From: Alphaproteobacteria bacterium
GTDB taxonomy: Bacteria > Pseudomonadota > Alphaproteobacteria > CAAHEQ01 > UBA3637
NCBI GenBank assembly: GCA_045611705.1
Contig: JAZKXR010000003.1
Location: 377-64,376, forward strand
DNA length: 64,000 nt
Reading direction: 5' to 3'
The position numbers and the translations under genes are program-made. The notes beneath the pieces were generated by a model. It did not search any database. It saw only the letters and a program-made list of their open reading frames with translations, and was not told where the DNA came from. Positions 46,453 through 55,575 of the stretch are shown piece after piece (the first letter of the stretch is position 1; every line of letters starts with the position of its first letter).

Positions 46453-48957
46453 TTAACCAGAAGAGCATAATGTATAAATGCTTCCGTTATGATATTGGCC
46501 GTCTACTTGTTGATATGACGGTTGTATGCCGTACGCAACATTGCCGTCTCGGTTACTAGATGTCCAAAACCAATAGGATCCCAACTGATTTTTCAGATTT
46601 GTCCAATTGATGCCGGTACAGGCAGTTTTGGTGCAGTCTTTTGCGGAAATTGTCATTCCTAACTCGGATAAACTGGTTAAATTCATGCCATGTGCTTTAC
46701 ACCAATTTTGAGCCCCCCACCATGTTAATTGAGGACCTTTTAAGTAACTGCCCAATTTTTGTCCGGATATCAGTTTATTGCAAACCCCGGCATCCGGCTT
46801 TAAGGCAGAATCAGAAGATGTTAAATTACAAAAGTATCCGTTTTCGCAATCTGAATTTTTACGACATTGCATATCCTGTGGTGTTTCTGTGGCACAAGGA
46901 TCGGTCATATATGACAAATACACATTTCCATTTTCGCAAATGCCGATATCATCATTCGTATAAATTGGTTTTGTGCCACATAATGTGATGAGGTATGTGT
47001 TTGAAAGGTATTTACTGTTGATTTTTTTCTCGGATGTTTGTATGCCGTATGATGCACTGGCACTGCGAACATCGGATGTCCAAAACCAATTTGAACCCAA
47101 CAAATTTTTCACTTTTGTCCAATTGATTCCTTTACAATTGGTTCCTGTGCAATTGGCTGGTGTACTTGTCAGCCCCAAACTGAACAAACTGGTCAATTCC
47201 ATATCGTGGGCTTCGCACCAATTTTGTGCTCCCCACCATGTCAATGCCGGTCCTTTTAAATAACTGTCTGCTTGTTGTCCGGATGTTAATGGTTCACAAA
47301 CACTTGCATCCGGTTCTGAATGGGATTCAGAAGATGTTAAATTACAAAAATATCCGTTTTCGCAATCTGAATTTAGACGACACTGCATGGCGCTTTCGGT
47401 ATTTTTGGGATAAACACACAACGTGATGGCATTTCCATTATGCCATAATTCATCAATCATTTTTGTGCTGGTTTGTATACCATAGGCGACCTCTGTGTCT
47501 TTTGTTCGGCTGTTGGAGGCCCAAAACCAGCCTGATCCCAATCTTTTTTTCAGATCCGCAAAATTGACACCTTTACAATTTGTACCTGTGCAATATCTAG
47601 GTTCTTGTTTTAATCCCAAATAAGCCAAATCAGGTTGTTCCAATTTGTGGGCATTGCACCAATTTTGAGCACTCCACCATGATAAAGAAGGTCCAACTTT
47701 GAATTCTATATAGCTTTTATCATAAGACTTGATGTCTTTACCGGATGTTAAAGTTTTGCATTCTCCTTTGTTCGGGGCGGAGTTAGTTCCACTTTCGTTT
47801 GAATCCAAATGGCAATAATACCCATTATCGCAATCGCTGTTTTTGGAACAAAGCATTAGTTCGGGGGTGGGGCTTTCTACACCACAAGGATCGGTCATAT
47901 ATGACAGATATGCATTTCCATTGTCGCAAGAACCGACATCATTACCGGTATAAGGCGGTCTTTCACATCTTTCGCCACGCCAATTGTTTGAGCATATACA
48001 TGTGCTTGTTTCAGGATTCCATGTGCCATAGTTAGTACATTGTAATGGTGCGTTTTCACAATGTTCCCCAAAATAATCGTCTGAACAGACGCATGTTCCC
48101 TCTATGCATTTGCCATGTTCGCCACAATCAATACCGGCACATTGTTCGTCTATATCACAACGCTCACCTTCCCATCCGTCCTGACATATACAAACGTTAT
48201 TAATACATGTTCCGTAAATGCTGCACTCACAGATTGTGGGGATATTGCAACCATTTCCGGACCATCCGTCATTGCATATGCATGAACCATTTGAACAATG
48301 TCCGTGTTCGCCACAGTTAATACCGGCACATGGGTCAATATAGCATTCGCCTTTGGGACTGGCAGGGGTTGGTAAACATTCTTCTCCTGGTTCACAGGTA
48401 TCAATACATTCACCTTGTTGACATCTTTGACAGTCTAAGCATTCATTGGCACAAGGATCTTGAATTTCTTCTTTGTTTTCATCATCATCTTTGTTATTGC
48501 CGGTGAGGAATATAGCAGTTAAATCAAAGTTATGATTTGTTGGACAGATAAATTCATTTGGTGGGTATTCTATATTATCAATTTTGATTTTTGAAATACG
48601 GTCTGTTGGCCAATCTTTTTGTGATAAATCGGCACAGTCTTCTTTTGAGATATCATGAACAGTAATTGAAAAAGAATTCGTATTTATTATTGATGACATC
48701 ATCAAACCAGAACGGGTTTTATTGCCAACAGCCGAATCAAAGATAGATTTGCCTGTTGCTTTGCCGCGATGACGAATATGTTCGCTTTGCACCAGTATGT
48801 CTTCGTATATCAAATTGGCGTTTCGTTTTGATCCTGCTCGGGAATATAAAATCAATCCACCCGCCGTCAAAGCCCCAATAATGGCAAGAACCGCCAAGAT
48901 TTCCAATAATGTACGTCCTTCTTGGTTTTTTTTGATGGCTGATTTTTTAAAAGACAT
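46453..48957 (-). CDS. Pilin-leader protein with EGF-like repeats and three tandem lectin-like domains
   Basis: GRTLLEILAVLAIIG; CxxHGxCxxGxCxCxxGWxGxxC repeats; three (S/T)WWxAQNWC..W(F)W..LC domains. Confidence 0.85.
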   Translation of the reverse strand: MSFKKSAIKKNQEGRTLLEILAVLAIIGALTAGGLILYSRAGSKRNANLIYEDILVQSEHIRHRGKATGKSIFDSAVGNKTRSGLMMSSIINTNSFSITVHDISKEDCADLSQKDWPTDRISKIKIDNIEYPPNEFICPTNHNFDLTAIFLTGNNKDDDENKEEIQDPCANECLDCQRCQQGECIDTCEPGEECLPTPASPKGECYIDPCAGINCGEHGHCSNGSCICNDGWSGNGCNIPTICECSIYGTCINNVCICQDGWEGERCDIDEQCAGIDCGEHGKCIEGTCVCSDDYFGEHCENAPLQCTNYGTWNPETSTCICSNNWRGERCERPPYTGNDVGSCDNGNAYLSYMTDPCGVESPTPELMLCSKNSDCDNGYYCHLDSNESGTNSAPNKGECKTLTSGKDIKSYDKSYIEFKVGPSLSWWSAQNWCNAHKLEQPDLAYLGLKQEPRYCTGTNCKGVNFADLKKRLGSGWFWASNSRTKDTEVAYGIQTSTKMIDELWHNGNAITLCVYPKNTESAMQCRLNSDCENGYFCNLTSSESHSEPDASVCEPLTSGQQADSYLKGPALTWWGAQNWCEAHDMELTSLFSLGLTSTPANCTGTNCKGINWTKVKNLLGSNWFWTSDVRSASASYGIQTSEKKINSKYLSNTYLITLCGTKPIYTNDDIGICENGNVYLSYMTDPCATETPQDMQCRKNSDCENGYFCNLTSSDSALKPDAGVCNKLISGQKLGSYLKGPQLTWWGAQNWCKAHGMNLTSLSELGMTISAKDCTKTACTGINWTNLKNQLGSYWFWTSSNRDGNVAYGIQPSYQQVDGQYHNGSIYTLCSSG

Positions 48958-49079
48958 AATCTATCTCCCTTTTCTTTATAATAAATAAATTAAAAATAAA
49001 AATCAACACTTTTTGTGATATCCTTGTTAAATGCTTATTTGACTTGATTTTCAAGGGGGAATTTGATATAATCATTTTT

Positions 49080-52000
49080 ATGAAACCAAAGTTTATACAT
49101 TTGCATGTGCATACGGCCTATTCGTTATTGGAAGGGGCTATTAAAATGCCAAAATTGGCCAAGTGGGCGGCGGATAATAAAATGCCCGCCGTTGCTATGA
49201 CTGATTCGGGCAATATTTGTGGTGCGATGGCCATGATGCATGAAATGCCCCCCTTGGGGATTCAGCCCATTTTGGGAACGCAGTTATTGGTTAAATCCCC
49301 TAAACAAAATGTGAACGCTTTGGATACATCGGACGATACTTTTGATAAAGTTGTTTTGTTGGTACAAAATGAAACAGGCTATCGTCATTTATTAAAGCTG
49401 TTTTCCTTTTATTATATGGGGGCTGATAAACAAGGACAACCGCATATTACTTTTGATGAACTTTGCACACATACGGATGGTTTGATTTGTTTAACGGGCG
49501 GATGGGAAGGCCTGGTTGGTCGGCCTTTGTTGACGGGTAAATATGAACACGCCAAACAAATTGCCCAAAAAATGCAAACTGCCTTTGGCGACAGGTTGTA
49601 TATTGAATTGATGCGTCACGGTATGGATCAGGAACAACAAACCGAAGAAGGCTTTTTACAGTTGGCTTTGGATTTAAACATCCCGATTGTGGCCACCAAT
49701 GATGCCTATTTTTTAACCCCTGATATGTATGAAGCACAAGACGCATTGATGTGTATTGCCGAAAAGAAAGTTTTAACGGATGAAGACAGGCGTCGTTTGA
49801 CCCCGGAACATTATTTGAAAACAGAAGATCAAATGTGTGAATTGTTTTCGGATTTGCCCGAGGCTTTGGCCAATTCTGTTTTGATTGCACGCCGATGTGC
49901 CTTTATGGCCGAAAAGAAAAAACCGGCTTTCCCGAATTTTGATTGTAAAGGAAAAACAGAAGATGAAGTTTTGGCCGATATGGCCGAAGAAGGTTTTAAA
50001 ATCCGTATGCAGGGCAGATCGCCCGAAGAACAACAAAAATATCACGATCAAATGTTGTTTGAATTGGGCGTGATTAAACAAATGGGTTTCCCCGGTTACT
50101 TTTTAATTGTGGCCGATTTTATCCAATGGTCCAAAAACAACGGTGTGCCGGTGGGGCCGGGTCGTGGTTCTGGGGCAGGTTCCGTTGTGGCATGGTGTTT
50201 GATGATTACCGATATTGATCCAATGCGGTTTGATTTGGTGTTTGAACGATTTTTGAATCCCGAACGTGTGAATATGCCTGATATAGACGTGGATTTTTGT
50301 CAGGAACGGCGTGAAAAAACTATTGAATATGTGCAAAATCATTATGGTTTTGATCATGTGGCACAAATCATTACTTTTGGTAAATTACAGGCAAAAGCCG
50401 TGATTCGTGATGTGGGCCGTGTGATGCAGGTACCTTTCCCCGTGGTGGACAGATTATCCAAGATGATTCCCAATGACCCTAAAATCACTTTGGAAAAGGC
50501 TTTTGAACAAGAACCCCGATTAAAAGAAGAAATAGAAGCCGAAGAACAAATCAAAGAATTGTTTGCCATTGCCGTTAAATTGGAAGGTTTATTCCGTAAT
50601 ACATCCACCCATGCGGCGGGTGTGGTGATTGGCAACAAACCTTTGGATGAAATTGTGCCGATTTATAAAGATCCGTCATCGGATATGCCGGTTACTCAAT
50701 TTGATATGAAGTATGTGGAAGAAGCCAGCTTGATTAAGTTTGACTTTTTGGGACTGAAAACTTTAACCACCATCAAAAAAACATTAGAGCTTTTACAAAA
50801 ACGTGGGATTGAAGTAGATATTGATCATATCCCATTGGATGATGCTGAAACTTTTAAATTGTTGCGTGCGGCCGATACGACAGGGGTGTTCCAGTTGGAA
50901 TCAACGGGGATGAAAAAGATTCTGCACGACATGCAACCCGATAAAATTGAAGATATTGTGGCGTTGGTGTCTCTTTATCGCCCGGGGCCCATGGATTCTA
51001 TTCCCACCTATATTGCGGTGAAAAAAGGTTTGGAAGAACCCGATTATATGCATCCGATGTTGGAACCGATTTTAAAAGAAACCTATGGTATTATGATTTA
51101 TCAGGAACAGGTGATGCAAATTTCGCGTGATATGGCGGGCTTTTCGTTGGGTGGTGCCGACTTATTACGTCGTATTATGGGTAAGAAAAAACCCGAATTA
51201 TTACCGCCTGAACGTGTGAAGTTTATTGACGGGGCCAAAGTCAAAGGTATCAGTCAGGAAGTGGCCGAAAAGGTCTTTGATAAAATGGCCAAGTTTGCAT
51301 CCTATGGTTTTAACAAGGCACATGCGGCCGCCTATGCCTTTATTGCATATCAAACGGCCTATTTAAAGGCACACTTTCCGGCCGAATTTATGGCGGCTAC
51401 GATGACATTGGATAAAATCAATACGGATAAATTGGCGATATTTAAAGAGGATGTCTTATCTCATAAAATTGAAGTTTTGCAACCCGATATCAATTTGTCC
51501 GAGGTCAACTTTACCGTTCAAGACGGCAAAGTCCGTTATGCATTGTCTGCGGTTAAAAATGTGGGCGAAGCTGGTATGATGGCGGTGGTGGCTGAACGTG
51601 AAAAAAATGGTCCATTTAAATCCATTCAAGATTTTGCATCCCGTGTGGATGTATCGGCATTGAATAAAAGATATGTTGAAAATTTGGCCAAATCAGGGGC
51701 GTTTGAATGTATTGAAAAAAATCGGGCGATGGTCTTTAATAATGTGGAAAATATTGTTTCTTATGCCGCTCAGGCCACTCAGGGACGCAACAGTGCCCAA
51801 ATGGGATTATTTGGTGCGGATGCTTCGGCCAATGCATTAAAATTGACACGCTATCCCGAATGGCCACAAATGGAAAAGTTGGAACATGAAAAAGAAGCGC
51901 TGGGTTTTTATTTGTCGGCCCATCCTTTGGATTCATACGGTGTTGTTTTGGAACGTTTGCGTGCGGTTGATTATGCCGATATTGCCCCCATGGTTTCGGC

Positions 52001-52496
52001 CAGTCCGGCTGTGCGTACATACTTGGCGGTTATTGTATCGGATGTGCGAGAACGTATCAGCCAAAAGGGCAACCGATTTGCCTTTATATCGGCCAGTGAT
52101 AAATCCGGCAGTTTTGATTTAATGTGTTTTTCGGATGTGTTGGAAGCTCATCGTGATAAATTAAAATCAGGTCAACCGTTATTATTGACCATCTCTGCCA
52201 CTAAACGTGAAGGTGAAGACCAAATCCGTATCAATATTCAGGATGTGGCATACTTGGCTGATGCCATGGCCAAAACACAAACGACATTGATTGTGGCTTT
52301 GGAAAATGTTCAGGCGATTGAGGAAATCAAGAATCGTTTGGCAAAAGTTCCCGTCGGACGCAGTAAGATTTTTTTGATTTTAAAAACCAAAGAATATAAC
52401 GTGGAATTTGAATTACCTAACCGCTATACTTTGACTCCCGATGTGTTGGATGATTTATCCCAAATTTTGGGAGTTGCTGAGATCAAACAGGCTTAG
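49080..52496 (+). CDS. dnaE: DNA polymerase III alpha subunit
   Basis: HLHVHTAYSLLEGA (PHP), GPGRGSGAGS, PDIDVDF, KFDFLGL, YGFNKAHA. Confidence 0.97.
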   Translation: MKPKFIHLHVHTAYSLLEGAIKMPKLAKWAADNKMPAVAMTDSGNICGAMAMMHEMPPLGIQPILGTQLLVKSPKQNVNALDTSDDTFDKVVLLVQNETGYRHLLKLFSFYYMGADKQGQPHITFDELCTHTDGLICLTGGWEGLVGRPLLTGKYEHAKQIAQKMQTAFGDRLYIELMRHGMDQEQQTEEGFLQLALDLNIPIVATNDAYFLTPDMYEAQDALMCIAEKKVLTDEDRRRLTPEHYLKTEDQMCELFSDLPEALANSVLIARRCAFMAEKKKPAFPNFDCKGKTEDEVLADMAEEGFKIRMQGRSPEEQQKYHDQMLFELGVIKQMGFPGYFLIVADFIQWSKNNGVPVGPGRGSGAGSVVAWCLMITDIDPMRFDLVFERFLNPERVNMPDIDVDFCQERREKTIEYVQNHYGFDHVAQIITFGKLQAKAVIRDVGRVMQVPFPVVDRLSKMIPNDPKITLEKAFEQEPRLKEEIEAEEQIKELFAIAVKLEGLFRNTSTHAAGVVIGNKPLDEIVPIYKDPSSDMPVTQFDMKYVEEASLIKFDFLGLKTLTTIKKTLELLQKRGIEVDIDHIPLDDAETFKLLRAADTTGVFQLESTGMKKILHDMQPDKIEDIVALVSLYRPGPMDSIPTYIAVKKGLEEPDYMHPMLEPILKETYGIMIYQEQVMQISRDMAGFSLGGADLLRRIMGKKKPELLPPERVKFIDGAKVKGISQEVAEKVFDKMAKFASYGFNKAHAAAYAFIAYQTAYLKAHFPAEFMAATMTLDKINTDKLAIFKEDVLSHKIEVLQPDINLSEVNFTVQDGKVRYALSAVKNVGEAGMMAVVAEREKNGPFKSIQDFASRVDVSALNKRYVENLAKSGAFECIEKNRAMVFNNVENIVSYAAQATQGRNSAQMGLFGADASANALKLTRYPEWPQMEKLEHEKEALGFYLSAHPLDSYGVVLERLRAVDYADIAPMVSASPAVRTYLAVIVSDVRERISQKGNRFAFISASDKSGSFDLMCFSDVLEAHRDKLKSGQPLLLTISATKREGEDQIRINIQDVAYLADAMAKTQTTLIVALENVQAIEEIKNRLAKVPVGRSKIFLILKTKEYNVEFELPNRYTLTPDVLDDLSQILGVAEIKQA

Positions 52497-52558
52497 AATT
52501 TTTATTGACATTTTAAGAAAGTATTTAAACTCTCTGAGATAAGAAAAAGGAGGGAGTA

Positions 52559-53638
52559 GTGAAAAAATTACTTTTATCAATCAGCGCTTTTACTTTGATG
52601 GGATATGCCAATTCTTTATACGGTATGTATGAAAGTGATTGTTTGGAAACGTTATGTCAATGGGGATGCAAAGAAACGTTGCAAGAAGATGGAAAATTAG
52701 TTGGAAAATGTTGTTCTGAACCCACACAAACCAATTGTATTGCCGAACAAAAAGAAGAATTCGGTTGTGTAACGGCTAAAAAAATTGAATGTTCATTGAG
52801 TGAGTTTTGTGCATCGGATGGTTCTTGTAAACCATGCTCTACGGCGGATGATCGTGCCAAACGTTTGAATAAAAATTCAACCCATTGTGAATGTCCGGCC
52901 GGATTGGCCAGACGTTGTAATTCAAAAAGTACAAATGCAAATTGTCAAGATGGGGGTAATTGGGTTTGTACAAATGGATGCTTTGACCATACGGATTGTC
53001 CGGCCGAAGAACAATGTTCATGTGTGGGAAATACATGTCCTGCCAAAGGTGGAACATGTGGTCCTTGTCCAGAAGGAACACATCGGGCCGAAACATCGGC
53101 CACGGTATGTATGGCTTGCACAGGCTGTCAAATATGGGATATGGCAACCCAAACATGCTTAAATCAAAGTCCAAGAGGACAATTTTGTGGACAAAATACA
53201 GGCGGAGCAGCCCCCAATTGCGGCGGGGATGTCACTATGCCGATACCGCCCAAAAGTGAGTTGATTGAAAAACGCGGAACATTGAATAATCGTAAATATT
53301 ACATACCGCCAGCCGAAGATAAGTATAAAATGACACATGCCAGTGCTTCACGTTTTTGTGAATATTACGGTATGCATTTGGGAACGGTTGATGAAGTGTG
53401 TATGAAAGATTACGCCTATGATACAGGCTATGATTGTCCAAATTTTGTCAATACACAAGGCTTTTCATGGCTTGGTCAATGGTTTGATTTATCATGGTGG
53501 CATGTGGATGGCATGGGATCTTTTTGGTTGGCAAATTTGGGAAGTGGTGATACGGCTTTGCGTGTAACATATTCTTGTGGTAATAACCATTCCAGCCATG
53601 TGTGTAATCGTTTTTATCCGTTATGTACGGAAAATTAA
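52559..53638 (+). CDS. Secreted Cys-rich protein with a C-terminal lectin-like domain
   Basis: GTG start, signal peptide, dense Cys; MTHASASRFC..FWL..PLC. Confidence 0.7.
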   Translation: MKKLLLSISAFTLMGYANSLYGMYESDCLETLCQWGCKETLQEDGKLVGKCCSEPTQTNCIAEQKEEFGCVTAKKIECSLSEFCASDGSCKPCSTADDRAKRLNKNSTHCECPAGLARRCNSKSTNANCQDGGNWVCTNGCFDHTDCPAEEQCSCVGNTCPAKGGTCGPCPEGTHRAETSATVCMACTGCQIWDMATQTCLNQSPRGQFCGQNTGGAAPNCGGDVTMPIPPKSELIEKRGTLNNRKYYIPPAEDKYKMTHASASRFCEYYGMHLGTVDEVCMKDYAYDTGYDCPNFVNTQGFSWLGQWFDLSWWHVDGMGSFWLANLGSGDTALRVTYSCGNNHSSHVCNRFYPLCTEN

Positions 53639-53652
53639 ATAAGGAGGAGAAA

Positions 53653-54180
53653 ATGAAAAAAATATTTTTAACAACAACAATGTGTTTGTTTGCATTGCCT
53701 TTGATGGCCATGGATTGTGTTTATTCACCGGAACAGGAAATTGTCCGTTCGGCCGAAAATTATGCCGAAATTGAAAAATTGGGTGAAAACTTTGATGCCA
53801 ATGCAACATATCCATGTGGTGGAACATTATCTCAGTTGGCTGTTTTGCGTGGTAATTTGGATTCTTTATATTACCTGTATCAACATGGCGCCAATTTTAA
53901 TGCGGATGTATCATTAAATGGATACGAAATTCCCGGTGCACCGGATGTGATTCCGTTCCCATTGTTTGTGGCACGTTATTCACCCAATTCGCAAATTGTG
54001 GATACAATGTTAAATTCGGGTATTGATTTTAAGGCAAAAGACAGCATGGGGCATGATGTTTTTTGGTATTTTGAACAAAACCCTGTTTTACGTAATACTT
54101 ATTTAAATAAAAAAGGATGGGATTCGTTGATTCCTGTTTCTGAACGTTTGGAACGGGTCAAACAAGGGATTCCTTACTAA
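53653..54180 (+). CDS. Secreted ankyrin-like protein
   Basis: Signal peptide; YQHGANFNA, SGIDFKAKDSMGHD. Confidence 0.65.
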   Translation: MKKIFLTTTMCLFALPLMAMDCVYSPEQEIVRSAENYAEIEKLGENFDANATYPCGGTLSQLAVLRGNLDSLYYLYQHGANFNADVSLNGYEIPGAPDVIPFPLFVARYSPNSQIVDTMLNSGIDFKAKDSMGHDVFWYFEQNPVLRNTYLNKKGWDSLIPVSERLERVKQGIPY

Positions 54181-54187
54181 AAATATC

Positions 54188-54213
54188 CTCCCCCTTGGAA
54201 AAGGGGGATTTTT
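54188..54213 (+). terminator. Intrinsic terminator
   Basis: TCCCCCTT-loop-AAGGGGGA-TTTTT. Confidence 0.7.
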
Positions 54214-54267
54214 CTTGCCAAAAAGGGCTTTTTGTGGTATAATATCCGTCAAAGAAAGGATTTTAAA

Positions 54268-54651
54268 ATGAAAAAGCCCCCTTCACAACGTCAATTGCGT
54301 GTGGCCGAAGAAATTAAAAAATTATTGGCCAAAACGTTGATTGAAAATAATTTGTTTATCCAAGGGTTAAAGGCCCCTTATTTGATGATAACCGAAGTTC
54401 AAATTGCACCCGATTTCGGTTATACGGATATTTATATGCGTGCCATGCCACCGGTGAATACAGATGAACAGGTTGCATTATTGAATGAACATAAAGGGGC
54501 CTTTCGTAAAAAGATTGGGCAAAATGTCCGTTTGCGTATAACCCCTGAGGTGCGCTTTTTTTCCGATACACGTTTTGAACAAGATGCACATATTGAATCC
54601 ATCTTGAACAGCCCGCGTGTGAAAGCCGATCTTGACAAATACAAAGAATAA
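54268..54651 (+). CDS. rbfA: Ribosome-binding factor A
   Basis: RQLRVAEEIKK..ITEV..LRITPEVRF..D; precedes truB. Confidence 0.9.
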   Translation: MKKPPSQRQLRVAEEIKKLLAKTLIENNLFIQGLKAPYLMITEVQIAPDFGYTDIYMRAMPPVNTDEQVALLNEHKGAFRKKIGQNVRLRITPEVRFFSDTRFEQDAHIESILNSPRVKADLDKYKE

Positions 54652-55510
54652 CATAAACGGTTGGTTGGTTATTAATAAACCGTATGATATGGGATCCACT
54701 CCTGTTGTGGGACGGTTAAAGTATTTATTAAAGCCGTTTAAAATCGGTCATGCTGGAACTTTGGATCCGTTGGCAACTGGTGTTTTGCCGATTGCATTGG
54801 GTAAAGCCACACGCTTGATCCCCTTTGTAATGGATGGTAAAAAAACATATGAATTCACCGTTCGTTGGGGTGTTCAAACGGATTCGGATGATTTGGCTGG
54901 ACAGGAAATTGCCCGCAATGATATACGCCCGACACAGGAACAAATTTTATCGGTGTTGCCGAAATTTATCGGAACAATTATGCAAAGGCCCAGTATTTAT
55001 TCAGCCTTAAAAATCAATGGACAAAGGGCCTATGATTTGGCGCGCAGTGGTCAAGATGTTCAAATTCAACCAAGACCCACAAAAATCTATGATTTAAGGT
55101 TGTTAGATCATGATGGAGAAACATCGTCCTTTGTGGCCGAAGTAGGCAAGGGGACATATATTCGTACCTTGGCACACGATATAGCCGAATCTGTGGGTGC
55201 CTTGGGTGTTGTCATTCGCTTACATCGCACAAAAGACGGTCCCTTTGATATCAATCAGGCTGTTACTTTGGATGATAATGTGGAAAAAAATATCCAGCCC
55301 ATGGAAAATGTTTTGGGAAATTTATCAAAACTGAATGTATCATCGGATGTGGCCAAACGTTTGATTTATGGTCAAAGAATAAAAGATGAAGCCTATGCCG
55401 ACTTATCGGGTGTTTACGCTGTTATGTGTGAAAATAACTTGATTGCGTTGGGTGAAGTTGAAAAAAATGTTTTGCATCCGCGGTCAATTTTTGCATCAAA
55501 AGAGGATTAA
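54632..55510 (+). CDS. truB: tRNA pseudouridine(55) synthase
   Basis: KIGHAGTLDPLATGVL, YSALKINGQRAYDLAR, KGTYIRTLA. Confidence 0.95.
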   Translation: MTNTKNNINGWLVINKPYDMGSTPVVGRLKYLLKPFKIGHAGTLDPLATGVLPIALGKATRLIPFVMDGKKTYEFTVRWGVQTDSDDLAGQEIARNDIRPTQEQILSVLPKFIGTIMQRPSIYSALKINGQRAYDLARSGQDVQIQPRPTKIYDLRLLDHDGETSSFVAEVGKGTYIRTLAHDIAESVGALGVVIRLHRTKDGPFDINQAVTLDDNVEKNIQPMENVLGNLSKLNVSSDVAKRLIYGQRIKDEAYADLSGVYAVMCENNLIALGEVEKNVLHPRSIFASKED

Positions 55511-55575
55511 AAAAAGATACCGATTTGCAATTTATGTTAAAATATGCTAGTGTTTCAAAAAAAGGAGAATTAAAA

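Noticed and set aside
46453-48957. Diversity-generating retroelement target (lectin-like domains with near-identical DNA repeats)
   Set aside because: No reverse transcriptase in the window, the repeats are in-frame domain duplications, and the mismatch checked is C/T on the coding strand, not adenine-specific. A remote DGR cannot be excluded.
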